DNA of 64,000 nt from Eledone cirrhosa (GCA_964016885.1 OZ024744.1:27528001-27592000); one strand, 5' to 3'. Positions 1-15,199 are shown, counted from the stretch's first letter. Program-made: numbers and translations. Notes: generated by a model not told the origin, from the sequence alone.

Positions 1-1118
1 CAGGCTACGACATCTCCACCTCTTCCTCGACAATGATCAGGTGTGGTCGCCGTTTGCTAGACACGTCTTTTCCCAGCTCGTCTCCTTGACGGAGCTGCAG
101 TCCTGGGTCAAGCGAAGACCGAGAGGGAGCGCTTGGAGACTGGAATGTCTTCAGGCGCTCACAGCCCTCGACCAATCGGGCAATGTGATCGGTGGAAACT
201 CCACCTTGGCGTTCTATAGAGGATTAGTGGAGGGGAAGAGCGACGACGTACTTGGAGAAACTGTAGGCGTCGACGAAAATCAACTAGCCAAGCTCTTCGG
301 AAGGACTTTCGGGCCGGGCCTATTGACAACTTCCAGAAATCCCTGGCCTGGCAGTGCTACCGAGGAGCTTTGCCAGTTCGGGATAAACTCTACAGGCATG
401 GAGGTGCCGTCAGCCGGGCATGTCCGAGATGCGCGCAGGGCGACGAAACCGTCCTGCACGTACTCGTCCAGTGTCCGAGCATTGCTGACTTGTGGGTTTA
501 TGTCGAACACCTGCTTTCACGTGTAGGACGGATCCAGCTATCAGCTAAGTCCATCGTGAGGATTGCCCCGCCCTCTTCCTTTAGCCGGGAAGGGCAGGCA
601 GTTTTTATCTGTCTGGTGGCCATGGCGAAAGAGATAGTTTGGTGGACACGTTTGAAAGGGCTTAAGACGAGCACTTACCTCTTCAGTGATGCCCTGATTA
701 ACTTTTTCAAATTTCATTTGAAAGGGAAAATCAGGGTAGAGAGGGAAGTGGTCTCTTCCCAGCATTTTGTTGAAAGATGGGTGAGAGAAGCAAGTATGGC
801 CCGAGTGAATGGGCCTACTCTGAATATGTGTCTGTAAATTAAAGGTGGAAAACTGGGAGAGGGCACTTGCCCTGGTGGTCAGGGTCACTGTGGCCTTTTA
901 ATGGGCTTTCTCCACAAATGTCGCTCGGAAGTCTCCCCCCCCCCCCTATTGGGGAACTTTTCATTGTTATTTTTTTTATTACATCCTCTGTTTTTTTTAC
1001 ACGTAGAAATGCCCATTTGTACCGTCCTGTATTGTACTGTACTGTCCTTAATGTCTACTTTATGTAGACTCTTGTGGTTAATAAAGAAAGCATTATTATT
1101 ATTATTATTATTATTATT
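1..1118 (+). mobile_element. Tx1/L1-clade LINE, 3' end of ORF2 (zf-RVT CCHC region, frameshifted), 3' UTR and (TTA)n tail
   Basis: ORF 370-837 contains PVRDKLYRHG..CPRC...ETVLHVLVQC. AATAAA at ~1080 is followed by (TTA)n at 1092-1118. Homologous to the elements at 45.6-55 kb. Confidence 0.85.
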
Positions 1119-1567
1119 GGCGACCTACGTAGTAAATCGTATCATCGTGAGCTCCGCAAAGCTTTGTTATTTTCAATTGTTTAAAATTGCCATTCATGGA
1201 AAATTTTATTGTTAACTGTATATAAGTGCACATACATTGTTATCTGAAAAGGACACTCAAAAAGATTGGGGCCTTGAGCCCCAAATTTAAACTTTTATAA
1301 TTATCAAACAAAAATTTTTCTTTGAAACATCATGGCTGACTCAGAGTCACTCCTTTCTCACAAACTAACACCTCACACCGACACCACCATAGTAAATATT
1401 ATTACGTTTGCCAACACTAAAAAAAATATAATATTTTAAATACAATAAAAAAAATATAATATTTTAAATACAATATTTTTAATTTGTCTCAGGCAGACAT
1501 TCATTTCCCGCCATTACCAATGACTGCAGGTGTTAAAGCCGCCACCACCACCGCGACAACAGAAACA

Positions 1568-2055
1568 AGTTTTTATCTGTCTGGTGGCCATGGCGAAAGA
1601 GATAGTATCGTGGACAGGTTTGAAAGGGGTTAAGACGAGCACTTACCTCTTCAGTGATGCCCTGATTAACTTTTTCAAATTTCATTTGAAAAGGAAAATC
1701 AGGGTAGAGAGGGAAGTGCTCTCTTCCCAGCATTTTTTTGAAAGATGGGTGAGAGAAGCAAGTATGGCCCGTGTGAATGGGCCTACTCTGAGTATCTGTC
1801 TGTAAATTAAAGGTGGAAAACTGGGAGAGGGCACTTGCCTTGGTGGTCAGGGTCACTGTGGCCTTTTACTGGGCTTTCTCCACAAATGTCCCTCCGAAGT
1901 CTCCCCCCCTATTGTGGAATTTTCCATTGTTATTTTTTTGTTACATCCTCTGTTTTTGTTGTTTACACGAAGAAATGCCCATTTGTACCGTCCTGCATTG
2001 TCCTGCACTGTCCTTAATGTCTACTTTATGTAAACCCTTGTGGTTAATAAAGAAA

Positions 2056-2113
<58 letters not shown>

Positions 2114-2160
2114 CATCATCATCATCATCATCATCACTATCATCATCATCATCATTATCA
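1568..2160 (+). mobile_element. 5'-truncated second copy of the same Tx1-like LINE 3' end with (TTA)n/(TCA)n tail
   Basis: Near-identical to 600-1118 (VFICLVAMAKEIV...RVNGPTL). AATAAA at ~2046, then the tail. Confidence 0.85.
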
Positions 2161-2279
2161 TCCCCCGCCCTTCAAAGATTTCTTTCGGCGTGAGACGAAG
2201 ATAAGGGTCTTAATCCCTTATGGAAGTGATAGACCACGTCACACCCCATCTCTCTCTATCTCTATCTCTCACACACACA

Positions 2280-2337
<58 letters not shown>

Positions 2338-2580
2338 TACAAATACACACACACAGACGAGAAAATATTTCTTTAAATATTCTGAAACTAAAAAACTAGT
2401 CACATTTAAACTCTGAGAAACCATTAAGATATTGCTAAATGTCTGGTCCGAGGATGTAGGGAGATATGTTGTAACTAAATATTCCAATTTATATTAGATA
2501 TTTCCTTCTTATTCTAAAAAATGACAAACGGTCGAGTGAGATATTCGTCGTTAGTCAGGGTTTTAGACACTATATATATA

Positions 2581-2769
2581 AATAATTGTTTCTACTTTAG
2601 GCACAAGGCCAGCAATTACCCAGTGCATTACTGGTACTTTATTTTATCGACCCCGTAAGGATGAAAGGCAAAGTCAACCTCGGCGGGATTTGAACTCAGA
2701 TCGTAAAGGGACGTAACTATGCTGGAAAGCATGGCGTCCGACTCTCTACCGATACTGCCAATCCACCGC
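2581..2769 (-). mobile_element. tRNA-derived SINE with Nin/Deu-like central domain
   Basis: Minus strand has A-box-like TGGCAGTATCGG, B-box GAGTTCAAATCC, then GCCTTTCATCCTTACGGGGTCGATAAAATAAAGTACCAG and a 3' end CCTTGTGCCTAAAGTAGAAACAATTATT. Several copies in the window. Confidence 0.85.
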
Positions 2770-2799
2770 ATATACATAATATATACATGTATAAATCTT

Positions 2800-2926
<127 letters not shown>

Positions 2927-3013
2927 GGAGAGTGAGTGAGAGAGAGAGTGCTTTATTAAAATATAAGGATGATATCAGTTATAAATTAGTAAGGACATTA
3001 TTCAGTAGAGTGT

Positions 3014-3080
3014 AAATATATTAGAGAATCAAGGCCTGACGGCAAGAACTCAGCCGTCGGTCCCTGATTCTCTACTATAT
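3014..3080. repeat. Small imperfect hairpin in (TA)n, probably a PLE-terminus remnant
   Basis: tagagaatcaaggcctgacggc ... gccgtcggtccctgattctcta. A related motif (ccgacggcagagctcaagcc) occurs at ~55460. Confidence 0.4.
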
Positions 3081-3085
3081 ATATT

Positions 3086-3117
<32 letters not shown>

Positions 3118-3186
3118 CTCATATATATTATATGTATGTATATTATATATGTATATAGATATGTGTGTTTACATATATATGTATAC

Positions 3187-3217
<31 letters not shown>

Positions 3218-3228
3218 CTTACATACAT

Positions 3229-3299
<71 letters not shown>

Positions 3300-3389
3300 G
3301 AAAAATTTGAACAGGGACAGAACAGAGAGGCAGTACAATAAATGTTTATTAAATTCACATATATATATATATATATATATATGCGTGTG

Positions 3390-3558
3390 AGGGGTGAATC
3401 CCGTGTTCAATCGAGGATACCCACAGTAAGTAAGGTACTCAATATATTATAAGACTGTATACAACAATATTTAATACACAAATGGCTTCTAAAAGACTAG
3501 AACTGTTTCATTCGAAGGATGATTTCCTTTGAATGAAACACTTCTAGTCTGTAAATTT

Positions 3559-3560
<2 letters not shown>
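3390..3560. mobile_element. PLE terminal-repeat remnant, same family as 40981-44835, with a short internal inverted repeat
   Basis: cacagtaagtaaggtactcaata and gactagaactgtttcattc match the 41.0/44.8-kb arms. Flanked by (TA)n. Confidence 0.55.
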
Positions 3561-3619
<59 letters not shown>

Positions 3620-4380
3620 TGAGTGTAAGTTACAAGCATGCATAAGTGTGAGAAGGCGCGAGCGAGCGCTTACAAGGAAACTCTACAATATGTGAATGTT
3701 CAATGTATACAAATTTTATAAGACATAACTCGTTCTCTTGAAAAACGTAGGCTGTGTGCCGTGTGCCCTGTGCCACGCCACTCCTGTGTTCTTCCTCCGT
3801 AACATCAATAGAACAAATGTTGACATTCTCAAAGCAAGTCCTAAAAAATATGAAAAACATATTAAATAAATAAATAAATAAATAGTAATAATAATGTTGA
3901 TGATGATAATGATGATGGTGATAATAATAATAATGGTTTTTCTAAGCTTTTTCCAGCTTCTCTTTTCAAAAATTCTTTCACCATTGATACGGTAACATTG
4001 CCTAGAGCCAACCGTGTCTTCGATATCTTGGGAAAAAAAAAAATTGAAACAAAATAATAGAGCACAAAAATAAAATAAAATAAAATAAAATAAAATAAAA
4101 TAAAAGAATAGAAAATAAAATAAAATAAAGAGAAAACAATATGAAATAATATATAAAAATAATGGAAGCAATGCAGTGGTTCTTTTTAACACAAGAATTC
4201 CGCTTTCTCTTCAATCGCTATTGCACTATATACTGATGCACAGGAAAAGAGTGTTTTCTTCATTTTTTTTTATTAGAGTTTCCTCCCACTTGGAGATTTT
4301 CTGAAGATAATAAAGCTATAGCTCTTCGTATCCACTCACTAAAGTGTTTGACAAATTTATGACAATGTCACATCCTTCTG

Positions 4381-4540
4381 AGGTGGCGAATTGGCAGAGT
4401 TGTTAGAACATCGGATAAAATGATTTATGATATGCGTTCCGGCTCTCTACTCACTCTCAGTTCAAATCCCGCCCACGTCAACTTTACCTTTCATGCTTTC
4501 GAGTCAATAAAAAAAGTACCAGTCTAATACTAGGGTCGAT
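4381..4540 (+). mobile_element. Degenerate tRNA-derived SINE (second subfamily)
   Basis: ttggcagagttgttag (A box), agttcaaatcc (B box), then cctttcatgctttcgagtcaataaaaaaagtaccag. Confidence 0.7.
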
Positions 4541-4969
4541 GCTTCCTCTGTATCGCTTTCTCTCTACCTCTCTCTCACTCTTTATCTTTCTCTGGAAGAA
4601 ATCTACTGTACTTAAAATCTACTGTACTTAAAATACCCAAGAAACGCCGTATGTCAGTACGTCGCCCTTACGACTCTATCAGGAGTTACGGTTCCACACG
4701 AAACCTCCCACTTGGAGATTTTTGAATGATAATAATACACTCAAGTGTTTGACAAATTTATGACATCCTTCTAAAACTACAGTCCTACTGAGCTGAGGAG
4801 ATGAAATATGATGAAATACGATGTAAAACGATGCAAAACGATGCAGTTGTTTCATGAAGTGGCACGGGAAATGTTTTGTTGCTGTCGTTGTTGTGTTCTT
4901 TCTTCGTTTCTTTTTTTCTTATATGCGTACTAGTGTGCATGTATATATGTACTAGTGTGTGCGTGTGTG

Positions 4970-7900
4970 TGTACTACTGAGTGTAATACTGTGTACTACT
5001 GTGTACTAGTGTGTACTACTCTGTGTATTAATGTGTCTACTACTGTGTACTACTGTGTAATACTGTGTACTAGTATGTACTACTGTTGTACTACTGTGTG
5101 TACTACTGTGTACTACTGTGTACTAATGTGTGAACTACTGTGTACTACTGTGTACTACTGTGTATACTACTGTGTGTACTACTGTGGACTACCGTGTACT
5201 ACTGTGTACTACTGTGTGTACTACTGTGTACTATGGTGTACTACGGTGTACTACTGTGTGTACTACTGTGTAATATTGTGTAATACTGTGTACTACAGTG
5301 TGTACTACTGTGTACTACTGTGTACTACTGTGTGTACTACTGTGTACTACTGTGTACTACTGTGTACTACTGTGTGTACTACTGTGTACTATTGTGTGCA
5401 CTACTCTGTACTACTGGTTGTACTACTGTGTACTACTGTATACTACTGTGTACTACTGTGTACTACTGTGTGTACTATTGTGTGTACTACTGTTTACTAC
5501 TGTGTAATACTGTGTACTACTGTGTACTATTCTGTGTACTACTGTGTACTACTGTCTACTACTGTGTACTACTGTGTACTACTGTGTGTACTACTGTGTA
5601 CTACTGTGTACTATAGTGTACTACTGTGTGTACTACTGTGTGTACTACTGTGTACTACTGTGTACTTCTGTGTGTACTACTGTGTACTATTGTGTACTAC
5701 TGTGTACTACTGTGTGTACTACTGTGTACTTTTGTGTGTACTTGTGTACTACTGTGTACTACTATGTATTACTGTGTGTAGTACTGTGATTACTACTGTC
5801 TGTACTAGTGTGTACTACTGTGTGTACTACTGTGTGTACTACTGTGAACTACTGTGTACTAAGGTGTGTACTACTGTGTGTACTATTGTGTACTACTGTG
5901 TACTACTGTGTGTAGTACTGTGTACTACCGTGTGTACTATTGTGTGTACTACTGTGTAATACTGTGTAATACTGTGTAATACTGTGTACTACTGTGTATA
6001 CTAATGTGTGTACTACTATGTGTACTACTGAGTACTACTGTGTATACAACTGTGTACTACTGTGTACTACAGTGTACTACTCTGTGTACTACTGTGTGTA
6101 GTACTACTGTGTACTACTGTGTACTACTGTGTACTACTGTGTGTACTACCGTGTGTACTACTGTGTAATACTGTGTAATACTGTGTACTACTGTGTACTA
6201 CTGTGTGTACTAGGTGTGTACTACTATGTGTACTACTGTGTAATACTGTGTATACAAATGTGTACTAATGTGTACTACTGTGTGAACTACTGTGTACTAC
6301 TGTGCGTACTACTGTGTGTACTACTGTGTACTACCGTGTACTACTGTGTACTACTGTGTGTACTATTGTGTACTACTGTGTACTACTGTGTACTACTGTG
6401 TACTACTGTGTATGATACTGTGTGTACTACTGTGTACTATTGTGTGTACTACTGTATTCTACTGTGTGAACTACTGTGCACTACTTGTACTACTGTGTGT
6501 ACTAATGTGTGTACTACTATGTGTACTACTGTGTAATACTGTGTACTACTGTGTATACAACTGTGTACTAATGTGTACTACTGTGTGAACTACTGTGTAC
6601 TACTGTGCGTACTACTGTGTGCACTACTGTGTACTACCGTGTACTACTGTGTACTACTGTGTGTACTACTGTGTACTACTGTGTACTACTGTGTATGATA
6701 CTGTATGTACTACTGTGTACTATTGTGTGTACTACTTTGTGTATTACTGTGTGAACTACTGTGTTCTACTGTGTACTACTCTGAACTACTGTGTACTACT
6801 GTATGTTCTACTGTGTACTACTGTGTGTACTACTGTGTAGTAATGTGTGTACTACTGTGTACTACTGTGTACTACTGCGTACTACTGTGTGTACTACGGT
6901 GTACTATTGTGTGTACTTGTGTACTACTGTGTACTGCTATGTATTACTGTGTGTATTACTGTGTTTACTACTGTTGTACTACTGTGTGTACTACTGTGTG
7001 TACTACTTTGTGTCCTACTGTGTAATACTGTGTACTAATGTGTACTACTGGGTATACTACTGTGTATACTACTGTGCGTACTACTGTGTAATACTGTGTA
7101 CTAGTGTGTAATACTGTGTACTACTGTGTACTGCTGAGTGAACTACTGTGTACTACTGTGCGTATTACTGTGTGTACTACTGTGTACTACTATTTACTAC
7201 TATATGTACTACTGCGTACTACTGTGTACTACTGTGTTCTACTGTGTGTACTACTGTGTACTACTGTGTGTGATACTGTGTGTACTCACTGTGTACTACT
7301 GTGTACTACTGTGTACTACTGTGTGTACTACTGTGTACTACTGTGTGCACTACTCTGTACTACTGTTTGTACTACTGTGTATTACTGTATACTACTGTGT
7401 ACTAATGTGTACTACTGTGTACTAATGTGTACACATATGTGTAATACTGTGTGTACTACTGTCTGAACTACTGTGTACTACTGTGTGTACTACTGTGTGT
7501 ACTACTGTGTGTACTAATGTGTACTAATGTGTACTATTCTGAACTACTGTATACTACTGTGTACTACTGTGTACTACTGTGTGTACAACTGTGTGTACTA
7601 CTGTCTACTACTGTGTACTACTCTGTACTAATGTGTACTAATATGTACTCATGTGTGTAATACTGTGTGTACTACTGTGTGAACTACTGCGTACTACTGT
7701 GTGTACTACTGTGTGCACTACTGTGTGTACTACGGTGTACCATTGTGTGTACTACTGTGTACTACTGTGTACTACTGTGTGTACATTGTGTGTACTACTG
7801 TGTACTAATGTGTACTACTGTGTACTAATATGTACTACTCTGTACTACTGTGTGTACTACTGTGTGTACTACTGTGTGTACTACTGTGTGTACTACTGTG

Positions 7901-9123
7901 TGTACTACTGTGTGAACTACCGTGTACTAAAGTGTACTATTCTGAACTACTGTGTACTACTGTGTACTACTGGGTACTACTGTGTAATATTTTGTGTACT
8001 ACTGTGTACTACTGTGTCTACTACTGTGTCTACTACTCTGTACTTCTATGTACTATTGTGTACTGCTGTGTTTGACTGTGTACTATTGTGTGTACTACTG
8101 TGTACAACTGGGTACTACAATATACTAATGTGTGTCTACTGTGTTTACTACTGTCTGTACTAGTGTGTACTACTGTGTACTACTGTGTACTACTGTGTAC
8201 TACTTTGTGTACTACTGTGTACTACTCGTTACTACTGTGTACTACTCGTTACTACTGTGTACTACCGTGTGTACTATTGTGTACTAATGTTTACTACTGC
8301 GTACTAATGTATACTACTTGTACTATAGTGTGTACTACTGTGTACTACTGTGTACTACTGTGTACTACTCTGAACTACTGTGTACTACTGTGTACTACTG
8401 TGTATAATACTGTGTACTACTGTGCACTACACTGTGTACTACTGTGTACTACTGTGTGTACTACTGTCTACTACTGTGTACTACTGTGTACTGCTGAGTG
8501 AACTACTGTGTACTACTGTGCGTATTACTGTGTGTACTACTGTGTACTACTATTTACTACTATATGTACTAATGCGTACTACGGTGTACTACTGTGTACT
8601 ACTGTGTACTACTGTGTGTACTACAGTGTGAACTACTGTGTGTACCAGTTTACTACTCTGTACTACTGTGTACTACTGTGTGTACTACTGTGTACTATTG
8701 TGTACTACTGTGTGTTGTACTATCTACTACTCTGTACTACTGTGTGTACTACTGTGTGTACTACAGTGTACTACAGGGTAATACTGTGTACTACTGTGTA
8801 CTAGTGTATGTACTACTGTGTACTACTGTGCACTACTGTGTGTACTATTGTGTGTAATACTGTGTATTACTGTGTGTACTACTGTGTGTACTACTGTGTG
8901 TACTACTGTGTGTACTACTATGTGTACTACTGTGTACTACCGTGTACTACTGTGTGCTACTGTGTACTACTGTGTGTACTACTGTGTGTACTACTGTGTA
9001 CTACCGTATACTACTGTGTACTACTGTGTACTACTGTGTACAACTGTGTACTACTGCGTGTACTATTGTGTGTACTACTGTATTGTACTGTGTACTACAG
9101 TGTACTACTGTGTACTACTGTGT
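4970..9123. repeat. ~4.15-kb satellite of mixed 10-bp TACTACTGTG and 12-bp TACTACTGTGTG units
   Basis: Direct inspection: continuous degenerate tandem array. Confidence 0.95.
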
Positions 9124-9380
9124 GGTGTTGATGGTGTTGTTGTTGTTGTTGGTGGTCCTGGTGGTTGTGGTGGTGATAATGGTGGTGGTGTTTTTGGTGG
9201 TGGTGGTAATGTCGATGTTATAGATGATGATGATGCTAATAATAGTCGTGGTGGTGGTGTTGGTGGAAGTGTTGGTAGATGGTGTTAGTGGTGGTGGTGG
9301 TGGTGGTAGACGGTGCAGGTGGTGTTGGTGGAGGTTGTGGTAATAGTGTTGGAGGTGGTGGTAGATGGTGGTGGGAGTTT
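9123..9380. repeat. Degenerate (GGT)n/(GTT)n low-complexity tract
   Basis: Direct inspection. Confidence 0.85.
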
Positions 9381-9502
9381 TTATAACAGTGATAGTGGTG
9401 AATCAGTTGTTGCAGTTGTTATAGTTGTTGTTATACTTGTAACAAACCACAGGATGGAATTTTGACATAAATACGCATTCATATGTACACACGCACACAC
9501 AT

Positions 9503-11042
<1,540 letters not shown>

Positions 11043-11680
11043 CTCACAAAAATAAATTTCAAAATGTCGTAATTTTGAAATATTTACAAACGTTCAAACG
11101 ATGCGAAAGGCGAACTTTTGCTCAGTTTAAAAATAATTAAAATAAATAAATAAATGAACAAACAAATAAATTTAAAAAAAAACATGTAAGAATAGAAAAA
11201 ATATAAATAACAAGAAACAAAAAGGCTTTATTTGTTAAACTTTATCTTGTTCACAATGGTTTCATGAAAGCTGGGGCGTGTCTTGATTGGTGGCTCATGG
11301 CGAATGGATAGAATAAGTTTGTATGGTATGTGTTTGTCTGTGTTTGTGCAATGATACCATATAACAGTAGTTACTTCAAGTAAATTGTTCACTATTAGAA
11401 CAAATTAATCTCAAACATGATTGTTAGAATAAAAAAGATAGATAGATCGAAAGAGAAAGAGAGGTGGGAGGGAGGGGAGAAAGAAAGAGAAAGAGGAACA
11501 GTAAAGATAGAGAGAAAGAGAGTGGATGTGGAGAGATAAAGTGAAAGAAAGATTGCAAGAGAAATGAAGATAAGGGAACGAGAAAATATAGAGCAAATAT
11601 TTATGAGAAATAAAAATCGTATCAAAATAATATTTGCTTTCAAAGACCATTTTTAAAATTCGTATTTGTTAGGGAGTTAG

Positions 11681-11889
<209 letters not shown>

Positions 11890-12199
11890 TTCAATTTAAA
11901 AAGAATTGCTTTGGCTCATATCTGTTCAAAATATAATATTTTAAAAATAAATACGTAGTTTAAATGTTATAGCTATTACCTGTGTGGCGTATTTTTTTTT
12001 AAAAATAGGTTTAATTTTATGTAATACCTTTGGTAAACCATTTAAAACCTTTCGTTATCAACCAAGCCGAAACTGACTATTGTTCTACGAAACATAACTA
12101 GCTAATTTGAAAGAGTACCTATTTAAATCTTCTAAATAATTTTTATATCAGAACCATATATATCTTAAGTTACTCTTTCAATAATCAGAAGATAAATAG

Positions 12200-12785
12200 G
12201 TGTAAAAGCCAAACTCGCTATCTTTAATTCGGTTTCGTACCAACACTTACCTATGGTAATGTATTTGGGTAATGACCGAAAGAATATGATCACGAATACA
12301 AGCGGCTGAAATGGGATTCCTCCGAAGGGTTTTTGGAGTAATGTTAGTCGATAAAGTGTGTAGCTCGGAGATCAGAGAGTCACTCCAGGTAGAGCTGTTA
12401 CTTATCCAATTGAGAGATCACAACTCTAATACTATAGGGATGCGGTTAGAATGCCTCAGGAAAGAATCGCTGGACAGACTCTCGAGGCAAAACCAACTGG
12501 TAGGAGACCCAGGGATAGACCTGGAGCAAGGTGGTTGGTTAACCTCCATGAGCTTGGCTGTTCTCGGCTGGGTATCCAGCCGGATCAGTTGGAAACGATT
12601 GCTTCTGACAGGACCTACTGGAAGGAGTATTTGAGGTCTCTGGCCCCACGACTCTCTCAAGAAGAAGAAGAAGAAGAAGAAGAAGAAGAAGAAGAAGAAG
12701 AAGAAGAAGAAGAAGAAGAAGAAGAAGAAGAAGAAGAAGAAGAAGAAGAAGAAGAAGAAGAAGAAGAAGAAGAAGAAGAAGAAGA
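12200..12785 (+). mobile_element. RTE-clade (Expander/Rex3-like) LINE 3' fragment with (GAA)n tail
   Basis: Broken frames read ..PTLTYG..RIQAAEMGFLRRVFG..DKVCSSEIRESL..RMPQERIA..GRRPRDRPGARW. Pure (GAA)n at 12661-12785. Confidence 0.75.
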
Positions 12786-13165
12786 CTATCTGAGTAAAGA
12801 AACAATTAATAATTTGGGTAAATATCTCGAAATATTTCCTTAATTGAAATAAAGTGTAGTTCAAAAGAAATATGGCCACAAATGAGTTTAAGGAGCACAA
12901 ATATTTATTTCGTAGTGCATTTTGTTTTCAGTAAAGATTATTATAATGATAACTTCTAGGTAGACTCCTGGAAAAAATCAACATGTTATTATTGTTCTTG
13001 TTCCTATTTTGTTGCATAATTTAATAGAACTTTTATGTATTCAATTCGTTTCCTTATTTTGAGGTCTGTGACCTTTGAATGTTTTACATCAGACATTCTT
13101 AAACTTTTTGAGCTCCCCCACCCCATGGCCTCAACGCTCCCAACCCTATTTCCACGTAAATTGTA

Positions 13166-13357
13166 AATAATTGTTTCTACTTTTGGCACAAGGCCAGCAA
13201 ATACCCAGTGAATTACTGGTATGTTATTTTATCCACCCCGTAAGGATGAAAGGCAAAGTTAACCTCGGTTGGATTTGAACTCAGAATGGCAAGGGCCGTA
13301 ACTCTATGCGTCAAAGTATGGCGTCCGACTCTCTACCGATACTGCCAATCCATCGCC
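13166..13357 (-). mobile_element. tRNA-derived Nin-like SINE
   Basis: Full-length match to 2581-2769. Confidence 0.85.
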
Positions 13358-13710
13358 TTGTAAATAATATATAATAAGTAAAATCGTTAATTTTTAAATA
13401 TTAAATGATATAATATATTGAAATATATATAAATAAATATTATATAATAAATATTATATTATATTTATATATATGTATCATTTGATATTTAATATACTAT
13501 TATATCATCTCTACCACCCCTTTAGTACCCAGCGTCCCCTGTGCCTTCTCCCCCCCCCCCCTCCGGGGGGCAGTAGCCCCACTTTGAGAACCTCTGTTTT
13601 ACATAATTGAAATGAGTAAAACCTAACTGTTAGGTTAAGCCCCTCCTGAGAGGAACGTCCACCGATAAGATTGCCTTATACAAATTGTCTTTCATTTATA
13701 TTGATTTTTA

Positions 13711-14005
13711 ATTTAGGTACAAGGTCAGCAATTTGGGAGAAGGGAAAAGTTGATTAAATCAACTGCAGTATTTGACCGGCACATTATTTTATCGCAGTGT
13801 CGGTAGAGGGTCGGACGCCATACTTTGCTGCAAAGAGTTACGGCCCTTTATGGTCTGAGTTAAAATCCCGCCGAGGTTAACTTTGCCTTACATCCTTACG
13901 GGGGTTGATAAAATAAAGTACCAGTCATACACTGGGATAATTGCTGGCCTTGTGCCAAAAGTAGAAACAATTATTTTATCGACCTTAGAAGGATGAAACG
14001 CAAAA
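13711..14005 (-). mobile_element. Older SINE fragment interrupted by a younger SINE
   Basis: tttaggtacaaggtcagcaattt...ttattttatcg, then the insertion, then accttagaaggatgaaacgcaaaa. Confidence 0.65.
13795..13975 (+). mobile_element. tRNA-derived Nin-like SINE with 12-bp target-site duplication
   Basis: Same family in + orientation. ATTATTTTATCG at 13783-13794 and 13970-13981. Confidence 0.85.
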
Positions 14006-14039
14006 TTTCCCCCCACTTTTTCTTTTCTTTATTTAATTC

Positions 14040-14150
14040 ACTTAGTTGTTAGAGAACTGGATTTACAATCATTAGGTTGCTAGTTCGATTCTCAGACAGG
14101 GTGATGCCTTATGTCCTTGAACAAGACACTGTATTTAACGTTGCTCTTTC
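14040..14150 (+). mobile_element. Degenerate tRNA-head / CORE-like SINE fragment
   Basis: B-box-like agttcgattctc followed by tgtccttgaacaagacact. Confidence 0.5.
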
Positions 14151-14276
14151 TGCCAGGAATTGCGACTAATAGATAGTATCAGCAATAGAAAGAACTATAG
14201 GAACATTGTTTCTTTTGGTCCGATTTCCATGAACTGTATTCTGGAATGAGAAATTGTCATATCTCTGGATAATAGG

Positions 14277-14456
14277 ATAATTGTTTCTACTTTTGGCACA
14301 AGACCAGCAATTACCCAGTACATTACTGGTGCTTTATTTTATCGACCTCGTAAGGATGAAAGGCAAAGTTAACCTTGGCGGGATTTGAACTCAGATCGTA
14401 AAGGGACGTAACTATGCTGGAAAGCATGTCCAACCCTCTACCAATTCTGCCAATCC
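14277..14456 (-). mobile_element. tRNA-derived Nin-like SINE
   Basis: Match to 2581-2769. Confidence 0.85.
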
Positions 14457-14516
14457 AGAGGATAATATACTGTCAAGAGCTGTCCTAACGATATATTTGG
14501 CAAAAACAACATAAAC

Positions 14517-14611
<95 letters not shown>

Positions 14612-14982
14612 AAACACGAATTGTATCTAATAAAAGTAACTCTGTTTTTCCTAATAGTAGAAATTTGAATAAAGGGCCATATCCAGAAAGTTACATATGG
14701 AATATTAGGGCAAACGAAAGACAGAACAAGGAATTTTAGAAATAGTTAATGACCCTTGAACTGAAAGTATCCAAGAAAAGAGAGCTCAGTTCTTCCTCGT
14801 CGATGCCCCAAATTAGTACCTACTTTTTCTATGATGCATCATCGCATGCGCTAGATGTTGTCTTGGATAAATCTACCATGGATCGCAAAAGTTTGAGCGT
14901 CCATAACCAAACTACCGATGGCAAGCGCCAACTTCCCGGCAAACACCTTTGCAATATAGTTAATTCTCTATTGGGACATCCT

Positions 14983-15175
14983 AATAATTGTTTCTACTTT
15001 TGGCACAAGGCCAGCAATTACCCCAGTACATTACTGGTGCTTTATTTTATCGACCCCGTAAGGATGAAAGGCAAAGTTAACCTCAGTGGAATTTGAACTC
15101 AGAACGTAAAGGGCCAGAACTATATGCTGCAAAGCATGGCGGCTGACGCTCTTCCAGTACTGCCAACGTACCGCC
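14983..15175 (-). mobile_element. tRNA-derived Nin-like SINE
   Basis: Match to 2581-2769. Confidence 0.85.
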
Positions 15176-15199
15176 CTATAATAACAAATATTTATATTT

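Noticed and set aside
2690-2769. tRNA genes at A/B-box motifs
   Set aside because: No cloverleaf; the motifs are attached to SINE bodies.
4283-4775. ~80-bp direct repeat (4283-4380 and 4704-4775) as a SINE TSD
   Set aside because: It does not abut the SINE 3' end and has indels; more likely an old local duplication.
4955-9288. Cys/Tyr/Val/Thr-rich ORFs
   Set aside because: They are translations of the satellite in all frames, with no unique sequence or splice structure.
11270-11300. GC-box plus CCAAT-like promoter motifs
   Set aside because: Short motifs with no associated gene or CpG island.
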